Below are positions 27,651 to 37,812 of a stretch of 64,000 nt of DNA, in pieces. The notes beneath the pieces were generated by a model. It worked only from the letters and a program-made list of their open reading frames with translations. It was not told where the DNA came from and made no database searches. The position numbers and the translations under genes are program-made. This DNA is from Alphaproteobacteria bacterium (GTDB taxonomy: Bacteria; Pseudomonadota; Alphaproteobacteria; BOG-932; Roseiterribacteraceae), in the NCBI GenBank assembly GCA_035293565.1, contig DATGMP010000092.1, forward strand, positions 14,538 through 78,537. The letters run 5' to 3'. Positions within the stretch are counted from its first letter, which is position 1. Every line of letters begins with the position of its first letter.

Positions 27651-28850
27651 ATGGAAGCGACGGTGGAAAGAGGCCGGCTGACCGGCGCTTTGCGCTTGAT
27701 CGTGCTCCTGTCCGGTGCGGCGCTTGCCGCCATGGTGCAGCTGGCGATTTTGCCGTCGCTGACCCAGATGGCCGCCTATTTCTCGAGTCAGAGCACTGGC
27801 GCGTTCGACAGCGCGACCATTGCGCAGACCGTGATGACCATTGCCGCGCCGACAATGGCGCTTGGCGCCCCGCTCGCGAGCTGGCTAATCGGGCGATCGA
27901 GCAAACGCACCGTTCTTTTGGCCTCACTGCTGCTCTACGCCGCCGCCGGCGCCGGTGGCGCCGCGGCACCCGACCTTTGGACTATGTTCGCGACGCGCCT
28001 GTTGCTTGGGCTTGCAGCCGCCGGATTCGGAACGGCGACGATGGCTTTCATCGGCAGCGATTACGCGGGGGCGCGGCGCGACAAGTTGCTTGGCCTGTAT
28101 GTCTTCTTCGGCAGCGCCGGCGCGCTGGTAGAGCTCGCGGTCGCGGGCTGGCTGGCCTCGATCGACTGGCGCGTGCCTTTCTCGCTCTATTTCGTCGGCC
28201 TCGCGCTGTTTGCGCTCGCCTTCGTCTGTATGCGGGAATCGAAGCAGGAAGTCGCGGCCGGCGCGGCGGCGCACAGCGGATCGCTGCGCCCAGCCTATGG
28301 TCCCTTCGTTCTCATCTTCGTGCTGTCGATGATGATCTACATGATCTCGGTCCAAGGCCCGTTCCTGTTATCGGACAGCGGGCTGACCGATCCGAAGATT
28401 CACGCGCTGGTCGTCAATTGCAGCACTGTGGGCTCGATGATCACGGCCTTCACCTTCGCGTGGTTTCGCGCGCGGCTCGGGTTTGTGGCGATGCTGGTCG
28501 TGATCTGGGCGGCATTCGGAGTCAGTACTCTGGGATTCGGTATTGCCGGCAACCTCACGGGCTTTGCGCCGATGGCCTTTCTCGGCGGAATCGCCGCGGG
28601 CTTCGTCACGCCGCTTGTTCAGTCCGCGATCGTGAACACTGTTTCCGCCGAAGCACGGACGCAGGCCCTGGGAATTTCCTTCGGCCTGATCTTCCTGGCC
28701 CAGTTCCTGCAACCGCTGATCCTGGCGCCGGTCCGCGCCGCGCTCGGCATCAACCAGACCTTCGTGTGGGTCGGCGCGATTGCTCTCGCGGCTGGATTGC
28801 TCACCATGCTCTGGGGCATGCGGCCGGCGCGGCGAGCGTCCGCGGCGTAG
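27651..28850 (+). CDS. MFS transporter
   Basis: 399 aa, ~12 hydrophobic segments, with an MFS-like loop (GRSSKRTVLL). The alternate-frame 437-aa ORF is Arg-rich junk. Confidence 0.8.
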   Translation: MEATVERGRLTGALRLIVLLSGAALAAMVQLAILPSLTQMAAYFSSQSTGAFDSATIAQTVMTIAAPTMALGAPLASWLIGRSSKRTVLLASLLLYAAAGAGGAAAPDLWTMFATRLLLGLAAAGFGTATMAFIGSDYAGARRDKLLGLYVFFGSAGALVELAVAGWLASIDWRVPFSLYFVGLALFALAFVCMRESKQEVAAGAAAHSGSLRPAYGPFVLIFVLSMMIYMISVQGPFLLSDSGLTDPKIHALVVNCSTVGSMITAFTFAWFRARLGFVAMLVVIWAAFGVSTLGFGIAGNLTGFAPMAFLGGIAAGFVTPLVQSAIVNTVSAEARTQALGISFGLIFLAQFLQPLILAPVRAALGINQTFVWVGAIALAAGLLTMLWGMRPARRASAA

Positions 28851-28851
28851 A

Positions 28852-29718
28852 TCAGCCGACGGGGATTTCGGTGCCCTTGATCTCGGTGCGCTGCAAGACG
28901 CGACGATGTCGAGGATCGTAAGGCAACACGCGGTGCAGGGTCGGCCGGTTGTCCCACAGAACGACATCGCCGACCGTCCAGTGATGCTCATAGACGAAGC
29001 GCGGCTGGGTCACCCAGTCGAGCAGCCAGGCGTGCAGCTTCCTACCCTCCTCGAGCGGCATGCCTCCGACATAGTAAGCGACATTACCGCTGACATAGAG
29101 CGACTTACGCCCGTCCGCATGGATGCGCACCAGCGGGTGGGTGGCCGGCGGAAAGTTGCTGCGTTCCTCTTCCGACAAAGGCGGCAGATCCGGCGTGAGA
29201 TGGCGTGTGAACTCGTAGGAATGCACCATGTGCTTGCCCGCGATCCGCTGCTTCATGTCTTGCGGTAGCGCCTCATAGGCGGCGATCGCGTTGGCGAAGC
29301 AGGTCTCCCCGCCCTCGGGCGTCACCTCCAGCGCGTGCAGCATCGAGGCATGGCTGGGCACCGCCCGATATGAGCCGTCGGTATGCCAGAGGCTGGTGAG
29401 CGTGGAGAAATAACGTGGGATCGGATGATCGGCCGCAAGCCTTCGTCCTTGCTCGTCGACATTGCCGATGCGCAGTACTTCCGGATTCTTCGAAGACTTC
29501 TTGTCGTCCTCGACCGTGACGTCCAGCTCGCCGAAATTTTTCGTGAAGGCGATCTGCCGCGCTTCGGTCAGCGACTGGCCGGGAAAGACGAGCACGAGAT
29601 GTTCTGACCACAGCGCGCCGATCTCGCCGATCGTCGCGGCGTCGAGATCTTGCGAGAGGTCGACGCCCGTCACCTCCGCGCCAATCGCCGGATGCAGCTT
29701 TCGCGCTCGAATCGCCAT
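28852..29718 (-). CDS. TauD/TfdA-family Fe(II)/2-oxoglutarate dioxygenase
   Basis: 288 aa with LWHTDGSY (HxD), the C-terminal WDNRPTLHR motif, and a GGAGG RBS. Confidence 0.85.
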   Translation of the reverse strand: MAIRARKLHPAIGAEVTGVDLSQDLDAATIGEIGALWSEHLVLVFPGQSLTEARQIAFTKNFGELDVTVEDDKKSSKNPEVLRIGNVDEQGRRLAADHPIPRYFSTLTSLWHTDGSYRAVPSHASMLHALEVTPEGGETCFANAIAAYEALPQDMKQRIAGKHMVHSYEFTRHLTPDLPPLSEEERSNFPPATHPLVRIHADGRKSLYVSGNVAYYVGGMPLEEGRKLHAWLLDWVTQPRFVYEHHWTVGDVVLWDNRPTLHRVLPYDPRHRRVLQRTEIKGTEIPVG

Positions 29719-29789
29719 CCCCGCCCTCCTTCCCAGGGCTTCGACTATGAGGCTAGGCGCGGAAGAACCGGGTCGTCAAATGCCCGTGC

Positions 29790-31127
29790 CTACACCTTCT
29801 CGTGCGGGTCGACCACGACCTTGCCGCCGAGCTCGATCTGCTTCTTGCCGGCATGCGGGTCGTGGGACGGGATCGAGAAGCCGCCGCCGCGCTCGCCCAG
29901 CACTTCCGACTTGGACACGCTGATCTCGATGTCCTTGCGGCGGCCGTAGGATTCGACGATCGGAATATCCGCGGTGGCAATCGGCGCCATGCGCTTCTTG
30001 CGGGCGAACGCCGCCTCGATATAGGGCGCGAGCTCGATGGCCTTCTCGCGCGCGCGGACCTCCTCGCGGGCCTTGAAGGCAGGCAACAGCTCGCGGGCGA
30101 ACAGTTCCAATGACTCGCAGATATGCTGGTGCTTGTTGCGGCCGACTTGCTGCACGAAGATGATCTGGTCCATGCCGATCTTCTCATAGCGCTCGAACTG
30201 CTCGCGTACCTGGTCGGGCGTGCCGATGCCGCCATGGCCGGAATTCTCTTCGATCGTGTGCTCGACCTCCTTGAATTTTCGCCACATCTCCGAGCGGCCG
30301 GGCTTGTGCTGGCCGTAAGACGCGACATAGCCCAGCGAATAGCCGAAGAACTTGAAGCCCTCTTTGCCCCGCGCCTCGGCCTCCGCCTCGTCGTGATGCA
30401 CCGACATGGCGCTGACGATCGCGATGTTGGGATTGACCGTGTGCGCGATCGGCACGCACTCGTCCGACTTGATGATGTCGTAATATTCCTTGACCCAATG
30501 CGCGGCCTGCTCAGGCTCGACGAAGGCGAAAGCCAGCGCGCCCAGCCCCATCCGTGCCGCGCGATGGATCGATTCACGCCGCGAGCAGGCGAGCCACATT
30601 GGCGGGTGCGGCTTCTGCACCGGCTTCGGCACGATGTTGCGGGCGGGCATCGAGAAGAAGCGGCCCTTGTAGCCGGGGTAGGGGGTCATCGCCAGCATAT
30701 TGGCCGCCTGCTCGGCGCCCTCGCGCCACAGGTCGGTCTTGTCGGGCGGATTCTGGTTGAAGCCCTCCATCTCGAGCGCCGTCGCGGACTCGCCGGTGCC
30801 CCATTCGACGCGGCCGTTCGACACGAGGTCGAGCGCTGCGATGCGCTCGGCAGAGCGAGCCGGGTGATTGTAGTTGGGCGACATCAGCATGACGCCGTGG
30901 CCCAGCCGGATGCGTTTGGTCCTCTGCGAGCACGCGGCGAGGAAGACTTCAGGGGCAGGAGAGTGCGAATATTCCTCAAGGAAATGGTGCTCGACCTCCC
31001 AGACGCAGTCGATGCCGAGCTTGTCGGCCAGCTCCACCTGGTCCAGCGCCTCCTGATAGACGCGAAGCTCCGCGCCCTCCTCCCAGGGAGTGGGGCACTG
31101 ATGCTCGTAAAACAGACCGAATTTCAT
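29790..31127 (-). CDS. luciferase-like (LLM class) flavin-dependent monooxygenase, long form
   Basis: 445 aa with N-terminus MKFGLFYEHQ..VWEVEHHF typical of the LLM barrel. GGAAGGA RBS. Confidence 0.8.
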   Translation of the reverse strand: MKFGLFYEHQCPTPWEEGAELRVYQEALDQVELADKLGIDCVWEVEHHFLEEYSHSPAPEVFLAACSQRTKRIRLGHGVMLMSPNYNHPARSAERIAALDLVSNGRVEWGTGESATALEMEGFNQNPPDKTDLWREGAEQAANMLAMTPYPGYKGRFFSMPARNIVPKPVQKPHPPMWLACSRRESIHRAARMGLGALAFAFVEPEQAAHWVKEYYDIIKSDECVPIAHTVNPNIAIVSAMSVHHDEAEAEARGKEGFKFFGYSLGYVASYGQHKPGRSEMWRKFKEVEHTIEENSGHGGIGTPDQVREQFERYEKIGMDQIIFVQQVGRNKHQHICESLELFARELLPAFKAREEVRAREKAIELAPYIEAAFARKKRMAPIATADIPIVESYGRRKDIEISVSKSEVLGERGGGFSIPSHDPHAGKKQIELGGKVVVDPHEKV

Positions 31128-31227
31128 GCCGCGAATCCTTCCTGACGCTCGGCCCTAGCTTTATGCCACTTGCGCGGGTTCGATAAGCGGCTGTGTGCAA
31201 GGAGCATCTTTGCAGATTACGCAAAGC

Positions 31228-32214
31228 TTAACCCTCTCCGCCGCCTAGAGTGGGGCCGGAGAGGGTTTGCGCTGCTTTTGCCATCCGCTTCAGCTCCGCC
31301 TCCCGGCGACCGAAGGTGTCGACCAGAAAATCCAAAAAGACCCGCACCTTCGGCGCCATGTAAGGCGTCTTGGGGAAGACTGCATAGATCGCCGGGTCGA
31401 AGCCGGTCGGCGTCATCTCGTATTCCGGGAGCAGCGGACGGATTTCGCCGGATTTCAGCTGATCGGCGATCAGCCAGACCGGCAGGAGGGCCATGCCGAC
31501 GCCTTCCAGGGCGGCCCGCCGGATGGTGGGCACGTCATTCACCTGCAGGCTGCCGCTCACGCGAAGCTCATGAATGCCGGCCTCGTCGCGCCAGAACCAG
31601 CTCGATTGCCCGACCTCGAGCACGCCCTCCTGCGGGATCGACAGGCAATTGTGCTCCAGAAGATCGCGCGGGTGCCGGATCGGCGGGTGGGCGGCAAGGT
31701 AGCTCTCGGAGGCGAACAGTACGCGCGCGGTGCCCGAGGACAGGCGGCGGATGACGAGATCGGGCTCGGCCGGCTGGCCTATGCGGATGGAGACGTCGAT
31801 CCGGTCGTCCAGCACGTCGCGAGGCTCCTCGGTCAACCAAAGCCTGAGATTGATGTCTGGATAAAGCTTGAGGAAATGCGGGAGGGCGTCGGTCAGGAAC
31901 TCGCTCGCGATCGAGAGGCGCGTATGGACGGCCAGAAGCCCGCTCGGCTTGCCCTGATAGGCCGAGACCGCGTTCGCAAGCGTGTCGATCTCATCCAGGA
32001 TCGCGCGGGCTTTCTCGAAATACATCTCGCCGACCTGGGTGAGCGCCAGCCTGCGGCTGGTCCGGTTCAACAGGCGCGCGCCGACGCTCTCTTCCAGCGC
32101 CGCGATCTTGCGCGAGACCGAGGCGGAGGAAAGCCCCATCGCGCGACCGGCCGCTGACAGGCTGCCGGCCCGGACCACGCGTGTGAAAACACGCATCCCC
32201 TCGGTCGAATCCAT
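31228..32214 (-). CDS. LysR-family transcriptional regulator
   Basis: N-terminal wHTH MRVFTRVVRAGSLSAAGRAMGLSSASVSRKIAALEESVGARLLNRTSRRLALT. Confidence 0.9.
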   Translation of the reverse strand: MDSTEGMRVFTRVVRAGSLSAAGRAMGLSSASVSRKIAALEESVGARLLNRTSRRLALTQVGEMYFEKARAILDEIDTLANAVSAYQGKPSGLLAVHTRLSIASEFLTDALPHFLKLYPDINLRLWLTEEPRDVLDDRIDVSIRIGQPAEPDLVIRRLSSGTARVLFASESYLAAHPPIRHPRDLLEHNCLSIPQEGVLEVGQSSWFWRDEAGIHELRVSGSLQVNDVPTIRRAALEGVGMALLPVWLIADQLKSGEIRPLLPEYEMTPTGFDPAIYAVFPKTPYMAPKVRVFLDFLVDTFGRREAELKRMAKAAQTLSGPTLGGGEG

Positions 32215-32270
32215 GATCCTACCTCTTCACTTCTTGCAAAGGCGATCATGGACCCCCGGCCTGGCCGGGA

Positions 32271-33845
32271 TCAATGGACGGCGACGGAAACGCTCTGCGG
32301 CTCGACCTTCTTCAGGAGGAAAACCGCGCCGATCGTGAGGAACAGGCCGATGCCGAAGAGGTAAAGGACGTCGGTGTAGGCCATGACCAGGCTCTGCCGG
32401 GCGATCTCGGCGTGGATGACCGACAAAGCTTCCATCTGTCCGTGGGCCGTGTCCGCGCCGCTGCCCAGCATCGGTCCCATGGCGACGACGCGCTCCTGAA
32501 GCAGGCGGGAGTTCCCGGTGACACGTTCGGAGATCATCTGGAAATGGAAGATCGATCGCCGGTCGAGAATCGCCGCGGTGACGGCGAGTCCGACCGAGGC
32601 GCCGAGATTGCGGACGACATTGAACAGGCCCGACGCGTCGGCGGCATTCTCGGGCTTCAGGCCCGCCGTCATCGCTTGAGTCAGCGGAATGAAGACGAAG
32701 GAGAGGCCCGCGCCTCGGATCACCTGCGGCCAGAACAGCTCGTCGGCGACGCTGTCTGCCGTGAGGTCGGTGTTCATGAAGCACCCGATCCCCAGCAACG
32801 CGAAGCCGAGCGCAATGGTGCTGCGCGTGCCCATCCGATTCTGCAGTGGCGGCGCCACCAGCATCGTCAGCATCGAGGCGCCGTTCAGCGACACCATGGC
32901 ATAGCCGATCTGCTGGGACGTGTAGTGCGCGATCGTGCCGAGGAAAGCAGGCGCGATGAAGACTCCCAGATAGAGGATCGCGCCGAAAATGAAGCTGATG
33001 AGGAGGCTCGCCGAGAAATTCCGGTCGCGCATCAAGTTCAGCCGGATCACCGGGTTGCGGTGCCTCAGCTCGATCGCGATGAGGGTCACGAAAGCAATTG
33101 CGCTAACGATCGACAGGCGCGTGATGAGTTCGGAATCGAACCAGGATTCGCGCTGGCCTTCCTCGACCACGATCATGAGGCAGGCGAGCCAGATCGCGAG
33201 CAGCATCAGTCCGATCCAGTCCGTCGAGCGCAGCTCCGCCCTATCGGGCCGCATATAAGGCAGGGTCGCGAGTAGGAGCGCGACCAGCACAGCGCCGATC
33301 GGCAGGTTCAAGAGAAACAGGACCGGCCAGCCGAGATGATCGGTGATCCAGCCGCCGAGCATGGGGCCGAGCGCAGGGGTGATCATCGCGCCGGTGGAGA
33401 AGAGTGCGAAACCGGTGAGTTGCTTGGACCGCGGCAGCACCGTCATGATGATGGTCTGCGCCGATGGTATGAGCGCCGCGCCGGTGAGACCCTGGCCGAC
33501 GCGAAAGGCGATCATCTCGATCAGATTGGTCGAGAGCGCGCACAGGAAGGAGAAACCGACGAAGAGCGACACGGCCGCGACCAGCAGCGTGCGCAAACCG
33601 ACAAGCCGCGTCAGCCAGGCGCTCATCGGGATCACGACGATCTCGGCCGCCAGATAGCCTGTGACGATCCAGGTGCCTTCCGAAACGGTGGCGCCGATCT
33701 CGCCCTGGATCTGGGGCATCGAGGAGAGGACGATCGAGGTGTCGAGCGTCACCATCGCCGCGCCGATCGTTCCGGCAAGCACCGCAATCCAGGCGCGGAG
33801 GTCGGCGGTTTCTTCAGCGATGGTTACAGTCTCGACCGCGGCCAT
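32271..33845 (-). CDS. emrB: DHA2 (EmrB/QacA) family MFS efflux permease
   Basis: Start at MAAVETV. 14-TM-type profile with LDTSIVLSSMPQI and GWITDHLGWPVLFLLNLPIG motifs. Immediately follows the HlyD gene. Confidence 0.8.
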   Translation of the reverse strand: MAAVETVTIAEETADLRAWIAVLAGTIGAAMVTLDTSIVLSSMPQIQGEIGATVSEGTWIVTGYLAAEIVVIPMSAWLTRLVGLRTLLVAAVSLFVGFSFLCALSTNLIEMIAFRVGQGLTGAALIPSAQTIIMTVLPRSKQLTGFALFSTGAMITPALGPMLGGWITDHLGWPVLFLLNLPIGAVLVALLLATLPYMRPDRAELRSTDWIGLMLLAIWLACLMIVVEEGQRESWFDSELITRLSIVSAIAFVTLIAIELRHRNPVIRLNLMRDRNFSASLLISFIFGAILYLGVFIAPAFLGTIAHYTSQQIGYAMVSLNGASMLTMLVAPPLQNRMGTRSTIALGFALLGIGCFMNTDLTADSVADELFWPQVIRGAGLSFVFIPLTQAMTAGLKPENAADASGLFNVVRNLGASVGLAVTAAILDRRSIFHFQMISERVTGNSRLLQERVVAMGPMLGSGADTAHGQMEALSVIHAEIARQSLVMAYTDVLYLFGIGLFLTIGAVFLLKKVEPQSVSVAVH

Positions 33846-33849
33846 GCGG

Positions 33850-34941
33850 TTAGTGGTCCGCCGAGCGCGTATCGACTGTCGCCGTAACCGACAGTCCGGG
33901 TAGAAGCAGCGCGCGCTGCGCGGCATCGGCATCGACGCGGATGCGCACCGGCACGCGCTGGACGATCTTGGTGAAGTTGCCGGTCGCATTTTCGGGCGGC
34001 AGCAGCGCGAATTCGGCGCCGGTGCCGGGTGAGAGGCTCTCGACATGACCGCCGATTTGGAGATCGGGCAGTGCGTCCACGCGGATCTCGACCGGCTGGC
34101 CGATCCGCATGCGCCCGATCTGGGTCTCCTTGTAATTGGCCTCCAGATAGATGTCCTGCAGCGGCATCACCGACATCAGCCGCGTTCCGGCCTGAACATA
34201 CTGGCCGATCGAAACCGTCTTATCGCCGACGCGCCCCTTGATGCGGCTCTTCAGCACCGTCGCGTCGTAATCGATCTGAGCCGCTTGCGCTGTTGCCTCA
34301 GCCGCTTCACGCGCGCTTTCGGCCTGGCCGACCTGCGCGTCGAGCACGTCGATCTGGCGTTGTGCGCTTATCACCGCGGCGCGGGCGTTGGCGAGGTCGG
34401 CCTGGCGCTGAGTCAGGAGCGTGTGGGCCTGGTCGACTTGCTGGCGGGAAACCGCGCCGCTTTCGGACAATTGGCCGAAGCGATCCGCTTCGCGCCCGGC
34501 ATAGGCTTCCTGGGCCGCGGCGACGGCGGCGGCGCTGTTCGCCTGGTCGAGGATAGCCTTCTGGCGCGCGATCTGTGCCTGGAGCTGCTTTACATCGGCC
34601 GCGGCGGAGTCGACCTGAGCCTTCGCTTTGGCGAGCTCCGCCTTGTACGGACCGTCCTCGATCCGGACCAGCACCTGACCCGCCTCGACATCCTGATTCG
34701 AGACGACGGCCACTTCTGAAACGTAGCCCGAGATGCGGGGCGCGACGACCATCGGGTCGGCCTTCAGGTAGGCGTCGTTGGTGGATTCCAGGAAACGCCC
34801 GACCATCAGCCAATGGGCGCCGAACGCGATGGCCGCGATCACGCCGAGCCCAATCAGGACGGTGATGCCGAACCGCGCGGGGCGCGATTTGAAGCGTGCC
34901 GAACTGGGTGCTGCGCTGTCGGGCGTGTCGATGGCCGTCAT
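33850..34941 (-). CDS. emrA: HlyD-family membrane fusion protein (EmrA-like)
   Basis: Start at MTAIDTP. One TM segment, then STNDAYLKADPMVVAPRISGYV, a long coiled-coil region and a C-terminal beta-barrel. Confidence 0.8.
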   Translation of the reverse strand: MTAIDTPDSAAPSSARFKSRPARFGITVLIGLGVIAAIAFGAHWLMVGRFLESTNDAYLKADPMVVAPRISGYVSEVAVVSNQDVEAGQVLVRIEDGPYKAELAKAKAQVDSAAADVKQLQAQIARQKAILDQANSAAAVAAAQEAYAGREADRFGQLSESGAVSRQQVDQAHTLLTQRQADLANARAAVISAQRQIDVLDAQVGQAESAREAAEATAQAAQIDYDATVLKSRIKGRVGDKTVSIGQYVQAGTRLMSVMPLQDIYLEANYKETQIGRMRIGQPVEIRVDALPDLQIGGHVESLSPGTGAEFALLPPENATGNFTKIVQRVPVRIRVDADAAQRALLLPGLSVTATVDTRSADH

Positions 34942-35009
34942 CTCGAGCTTCGTTGCGGTCGAGAAAAAAGAACGATACGGTTCCGCTCCGATATGGGCAA
35001 GTGACATCG

Positions 35010-35657
35010 ATGAAAGCCGTCGCATCCTCCCAGCCGCGCAAGCTCGGCCGCCCGCCACGCGACGAGGCGGAGGAGCTCACGCAGCACATCGTCGCCACCG
35101 CGGCGGCCCTGTTCATCCGCGGCGGCTATGCCGGCACGTCGATCGAGGCGGTGGCGCAAGAGGCGCAGGTCGGCAAGAACACGATCTATCGTCGCTATTC
35201 GACGAAGCCCGATCTATTTCAGGCGGTGGTCGATCGCGAGATGGAGATCGTGCTGCCGCCGATCGAGACGATCATCACGGGGGAGGACCCGACTGCCATC
35301 CTCCGCCATCTCGCGACCACTTTGGTCGAAGCGGCGCTCCGGCCGGAGACAACTGCGCTGCAGCGCCTCGTTATTGCCGAAGCCGAGCGCTTTCCGGAAA
35401 TCGCCGCCATCTGCATCGCGCGCGCCAACGAGCATGCCATCGCTTTTGCACGCGCGGTTCTGGAGCGTCTACGGAAAGATGGCGTTCGCGCCTCGGCCGA
35501 GCTCGATTTTGCGGCGGAGCAGTTCGTCGCGTGCGTGGCCTACGGCCCGCACATCTATGCGCTGCATGGCCGCCGCGATTTGGCGACGCGCAGGCAGATT
35601 GCACGCTATGTAGAGCGTGTCGTTGCGCTGTTCATGAACGGGTGGGTGGGGCGGTAG
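35010..35657 (+). CDS. TetR-family transcriptional regulator
   Basis: MKAVASSQPRKLGRPP.. with HTH FIRGGYAGTSIEAVAQEAQVGKNTIYRRY. Divergent from emrAB. Confidence 0.85.
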   Translation: MKAVASSQPRKLGRPPRDEAEELTQHIVATAAALFIRGGYAGTSIEAVAQEAQVGKNTIYRRYSTKPDLFQAVVDREMEIVLPPIETIITGEDPTAILRHLATTLVEAALRPETTALQRLVIAEAERFPEIAAICIARANEHAIAFARAVLERLRKDGVRASAELDFAAEQFVACVAYGPHIYALHGRRDLATRRQIARYVERVVALFMNGWVGR

Positions 35658-35662
35658 CCTCG

Positions 35663-36478
35663 CTACAAAACGATATTCGCCACTTCCCAGTGGGTGCCTT
35701 CATTGCCGATATAAACCCAGTGGCCCTCGCCGGAGATGTCGCCTGGCGTCTGATTCACGAGATAGGTGTAGAGCGGGTGGCCTTTCCAGGCCCATTGCAT
35801 GCTGCCGTCGTCGCGCGCGACCAAAGTCCAGTCGTCGGCTGCTTTCGCGTCCTTGGGCGCCACGAGCGGCGCCCAGCTCTTCTCACAATCGCCCGAGCAG
35901 GCCGAGGGCGGCGGGCTCGGCTGATGGCGCACCGTTCCGTTCGAGCCCGCATTATACCAGAACTTGATCTCCATATAGAGCGTGCGGCCGTCGGCGGTCG
36001 TGAAGGTTGGCCCGTACTCGGTGTGACGGATCACGATGCCGGGCGGCACGAAGACGCGGTCGACGACCGCGTGCCAGCCGCCGCTCATCCCCTCACCCTT
36101 GGCCTCGCCGGGCGTGCGGTCTCCGGTGAAGGTGTAGAGCGGCTTGCCCTTCAGCGCCCATTGTAGGCTGCCATCGTCGCGATGGACGATCGACCAGTCG
36201 CCGACCGGCTTGGCGATGCGGGCCGCGGCAAAGGGGATCCAGGTCCGGGCGCAGGCGGCATTGCAGGCCGATTTGCCGTTCGAATCCTGGTCCGACGTAT
36301 AGAGCGTCATGCCGCGCGAATCCGCGAATCCATCGCCATAGATGGTCTTTTGCGAGACCACGCCGGCAATGAGGAGCGGCTGCGGCGCGGCGGCCGGTTG
36401 GGCCGCCGGCGTATCCGCCCGCGAAGCAGCGGCGGCGGATGCGGCCAACGCGGCGGCAAGCAGAAGAGCACGCAACAT
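35663..36478 (-). CDS. exported protein with two Yx(FWY)xxD-type repeats (COG4315-like)
   Basis: Signal peptide MLRALLLAAALAASAAAAS. Repeated modules GKPLYTFTGDRTPGEAKGEG and GHPLYTYLVNQTPGDISGEG. Confidence 0.7.
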   Translation of the reverse strand: MLRALLLAAALAASAAAASRADTPAAQPAAAPQPLLIAGVVSQKTIYGDGFADSRGMTLYTSDQDSNGKSACNAACARTWIPFAAARIAKPVGDWSIVHRDDGSLQWALKGKPLYTFTGDRTPGEAKGEGMSGGWHAVVDRVFVPPGIVIRHTEYGPTFTTADGRTLYMEIKFWYNAGSNGTVRHQPSPPPSACSGDCEKSWAPLVAPKDAKAADDWTLVARDDGSMQWAWKGHPLYTYLVNQTPGDISGEGHWVYIGNEGTHWEVANIVL

Positions 36479-37812
36479 CAGGCCAGGACCTCAGGGATGT
36501 TCTTCGAGGTCTGCATCGATCCCGCGCCCCAGTTGCTGATCGGAACGCCCATCGCCTGCTGCAACGTCAGCCCGACCCGCGTCACCGGGTCGCCGTTGCC
36601 GGCGATGTGCTGTCCTGCCTTCAGCTTCCCGCCGGCCCGTCCCGCCACCATCATCGGGATCGTCTCCAGCGAATGGATCTTGGCATAGCTGCATTCGCTG
36701 AAGGCGAAGAGCATCATGTGGTCCAGCAGCGTTCCGTCGCCTTCCTTGACGCTATCCATCGTCGTCAGCATCGTCTGGAGACCGTCGACGATCCGCTCCA
36801 CGAAGAAAGTCGCTTGCGGCTGGCAGCCGGTCTTCTCGTCGATCGGCTCCTCGTGGGTGAGCTGATGGTGCGTGACGGTGCTGCCGGCCTTGCGCAGCGA
36901 CGAGCCGGCGTCGGCGAAGACGACGTTGAATACGCGGGTCTGATCGCAGGCCAGCGCATGCGCCATCAGATCGACCAGGAGCTTATGGTTGCTGATCACG
37001 TCGTCGATCTCGGTGCCGACCTTGGTGTCCTTGGCGGCACTCGGCACCTTGCACGCTTCGAGCGGCGCCGGCTTCTGAAGCTGGATCTCGAGCTGCTGCT
37101 CAAGCTGGCGGATCGAGGTGAAATACTCGTCGAGCCGCACCCGGTCAGCGGCGCCCACCTCCTTCAGCAGCGCGTCGCGCTGATCTTTGATCGCGGAGAG
37201 CGCGCTCTTGCGCACCATGACCTTCGGATCGGGCTTGAAGTCGGCCGCGTTCGGGTCCTTGAAGTCCGGCCCGAACAGACGCTGATAAAAGGCGAGCGGC
37301 GAGGGCTCGGCTGCGTTGATCACGGCCGAGCTGCGCTTGCTGTTGCTGTCGCGCGGATTGCCGGTCGCCGTGATCTCCAGCGAGCGGAACCGTGAGCGCT
37401 GGCCGATCGTGTCGGCAACCGCCGTGTCGAAAGTGGGACCGTCGACCAGCCCCTGGCCCTTCGGCGCGCTGCCGGTCAGGATCGCCATATTGCCGGTGTA
37501 GTGCGGCACGGCGCCTTTGCCGTCGGTATTGGCCTTGAAGCCGCTGAAGATCGTGAGCCGATCGCGGAAAGCCGCGAGCGGCTTCAGCTCCGGCGGAATA
37601 TCATAGCCGGGGCCTGTCTTCTGCGGGATCCAGCGGCCGGGCGTCAGCCCGCAGCCCCAGAACCAGGTGCCGAAGCGGACCGGCAGAGGCTGACCCGTTG
37701 CCGCAAGCGCCGTGCCGTTGGCGTCGAGGAAACAGTCGAGGAAGGGCAGGGCGACGGAAACCGCTCCGCCTCCCAACAGGCCGCGAAGCGCGGCGCGCCG
37801 ATTGAATCTCAT
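36478..37812 (-). CDS. DUF1552-family protein with twin-arginine signal
   Basis: ATG at 37812 after AAGGAGG. MRFNRRAALRGLLGGGAVSVALPF is Tat-like. ATGA overlap with the upstream DUF1592-like gene. Family call is from memory of the conserved pairing. Confidence 0.65.
   Translation of the reverse strand: MRFNRRAALRGLLGGGAVSVALPFLDCFLDANGTALAATGQPLPVRFGTWFWGCGLTPGRWIPQKTGPGYDIPPELKPLAAFRDRLTIFSGFKANTDGKGAVPHYTGNMAILTGSAPKGQGLVDGPTFDTAVADTIGQRSRFRSLEITATGNPRDSNSKRSSAVINAAEPSPLAFYQRLFGPDFKDPNAADFKPDPKVMVRKSALSAIKDQRDALLKEVGAADRVRLDEYFTSIRQLEQQLEIQLQKPAPLEACKVPSAAKDTKVGTEIDDVISNHKLLVDLMAHALACDQTRVFNVVFADAGSSLRKAGSTVTHHQLTHEEPIDEKTGCQPQATFFVERIVDGLQTMLTTMDSVKEGDGTLLDHMMLFAFSECSYAKIHSLETIPMMVAGRAGGKLKAGQHIAGNGDPVTRVGLTLQQAMGVPISNWGAGSMQTSKNIPEVLA

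Noticed and set aside
27608-28921. 437-aa alternate-frame ORF over the MFS gene. The same applies to 23833-24930 over the AbrB-dup gene, 6543-7700 over the crotonase gene, and 43271-44041.
   Set aside because: These are same-strand frame-shifted readings with extreme Arg/Gly/Pro content. The chosen frames give coherent TM profiles or family motifs instead.
34307-36166. Long ORFs 34307-35116 (-) and 34778-36166 (+) around the emrA/TetR/COG4315 genes.
   Set aside because: They are out-of-frame or antisense to genes with clear HlyD, TetR HTH and signal-peptide features, and they are Arg/Pro-rich junk.
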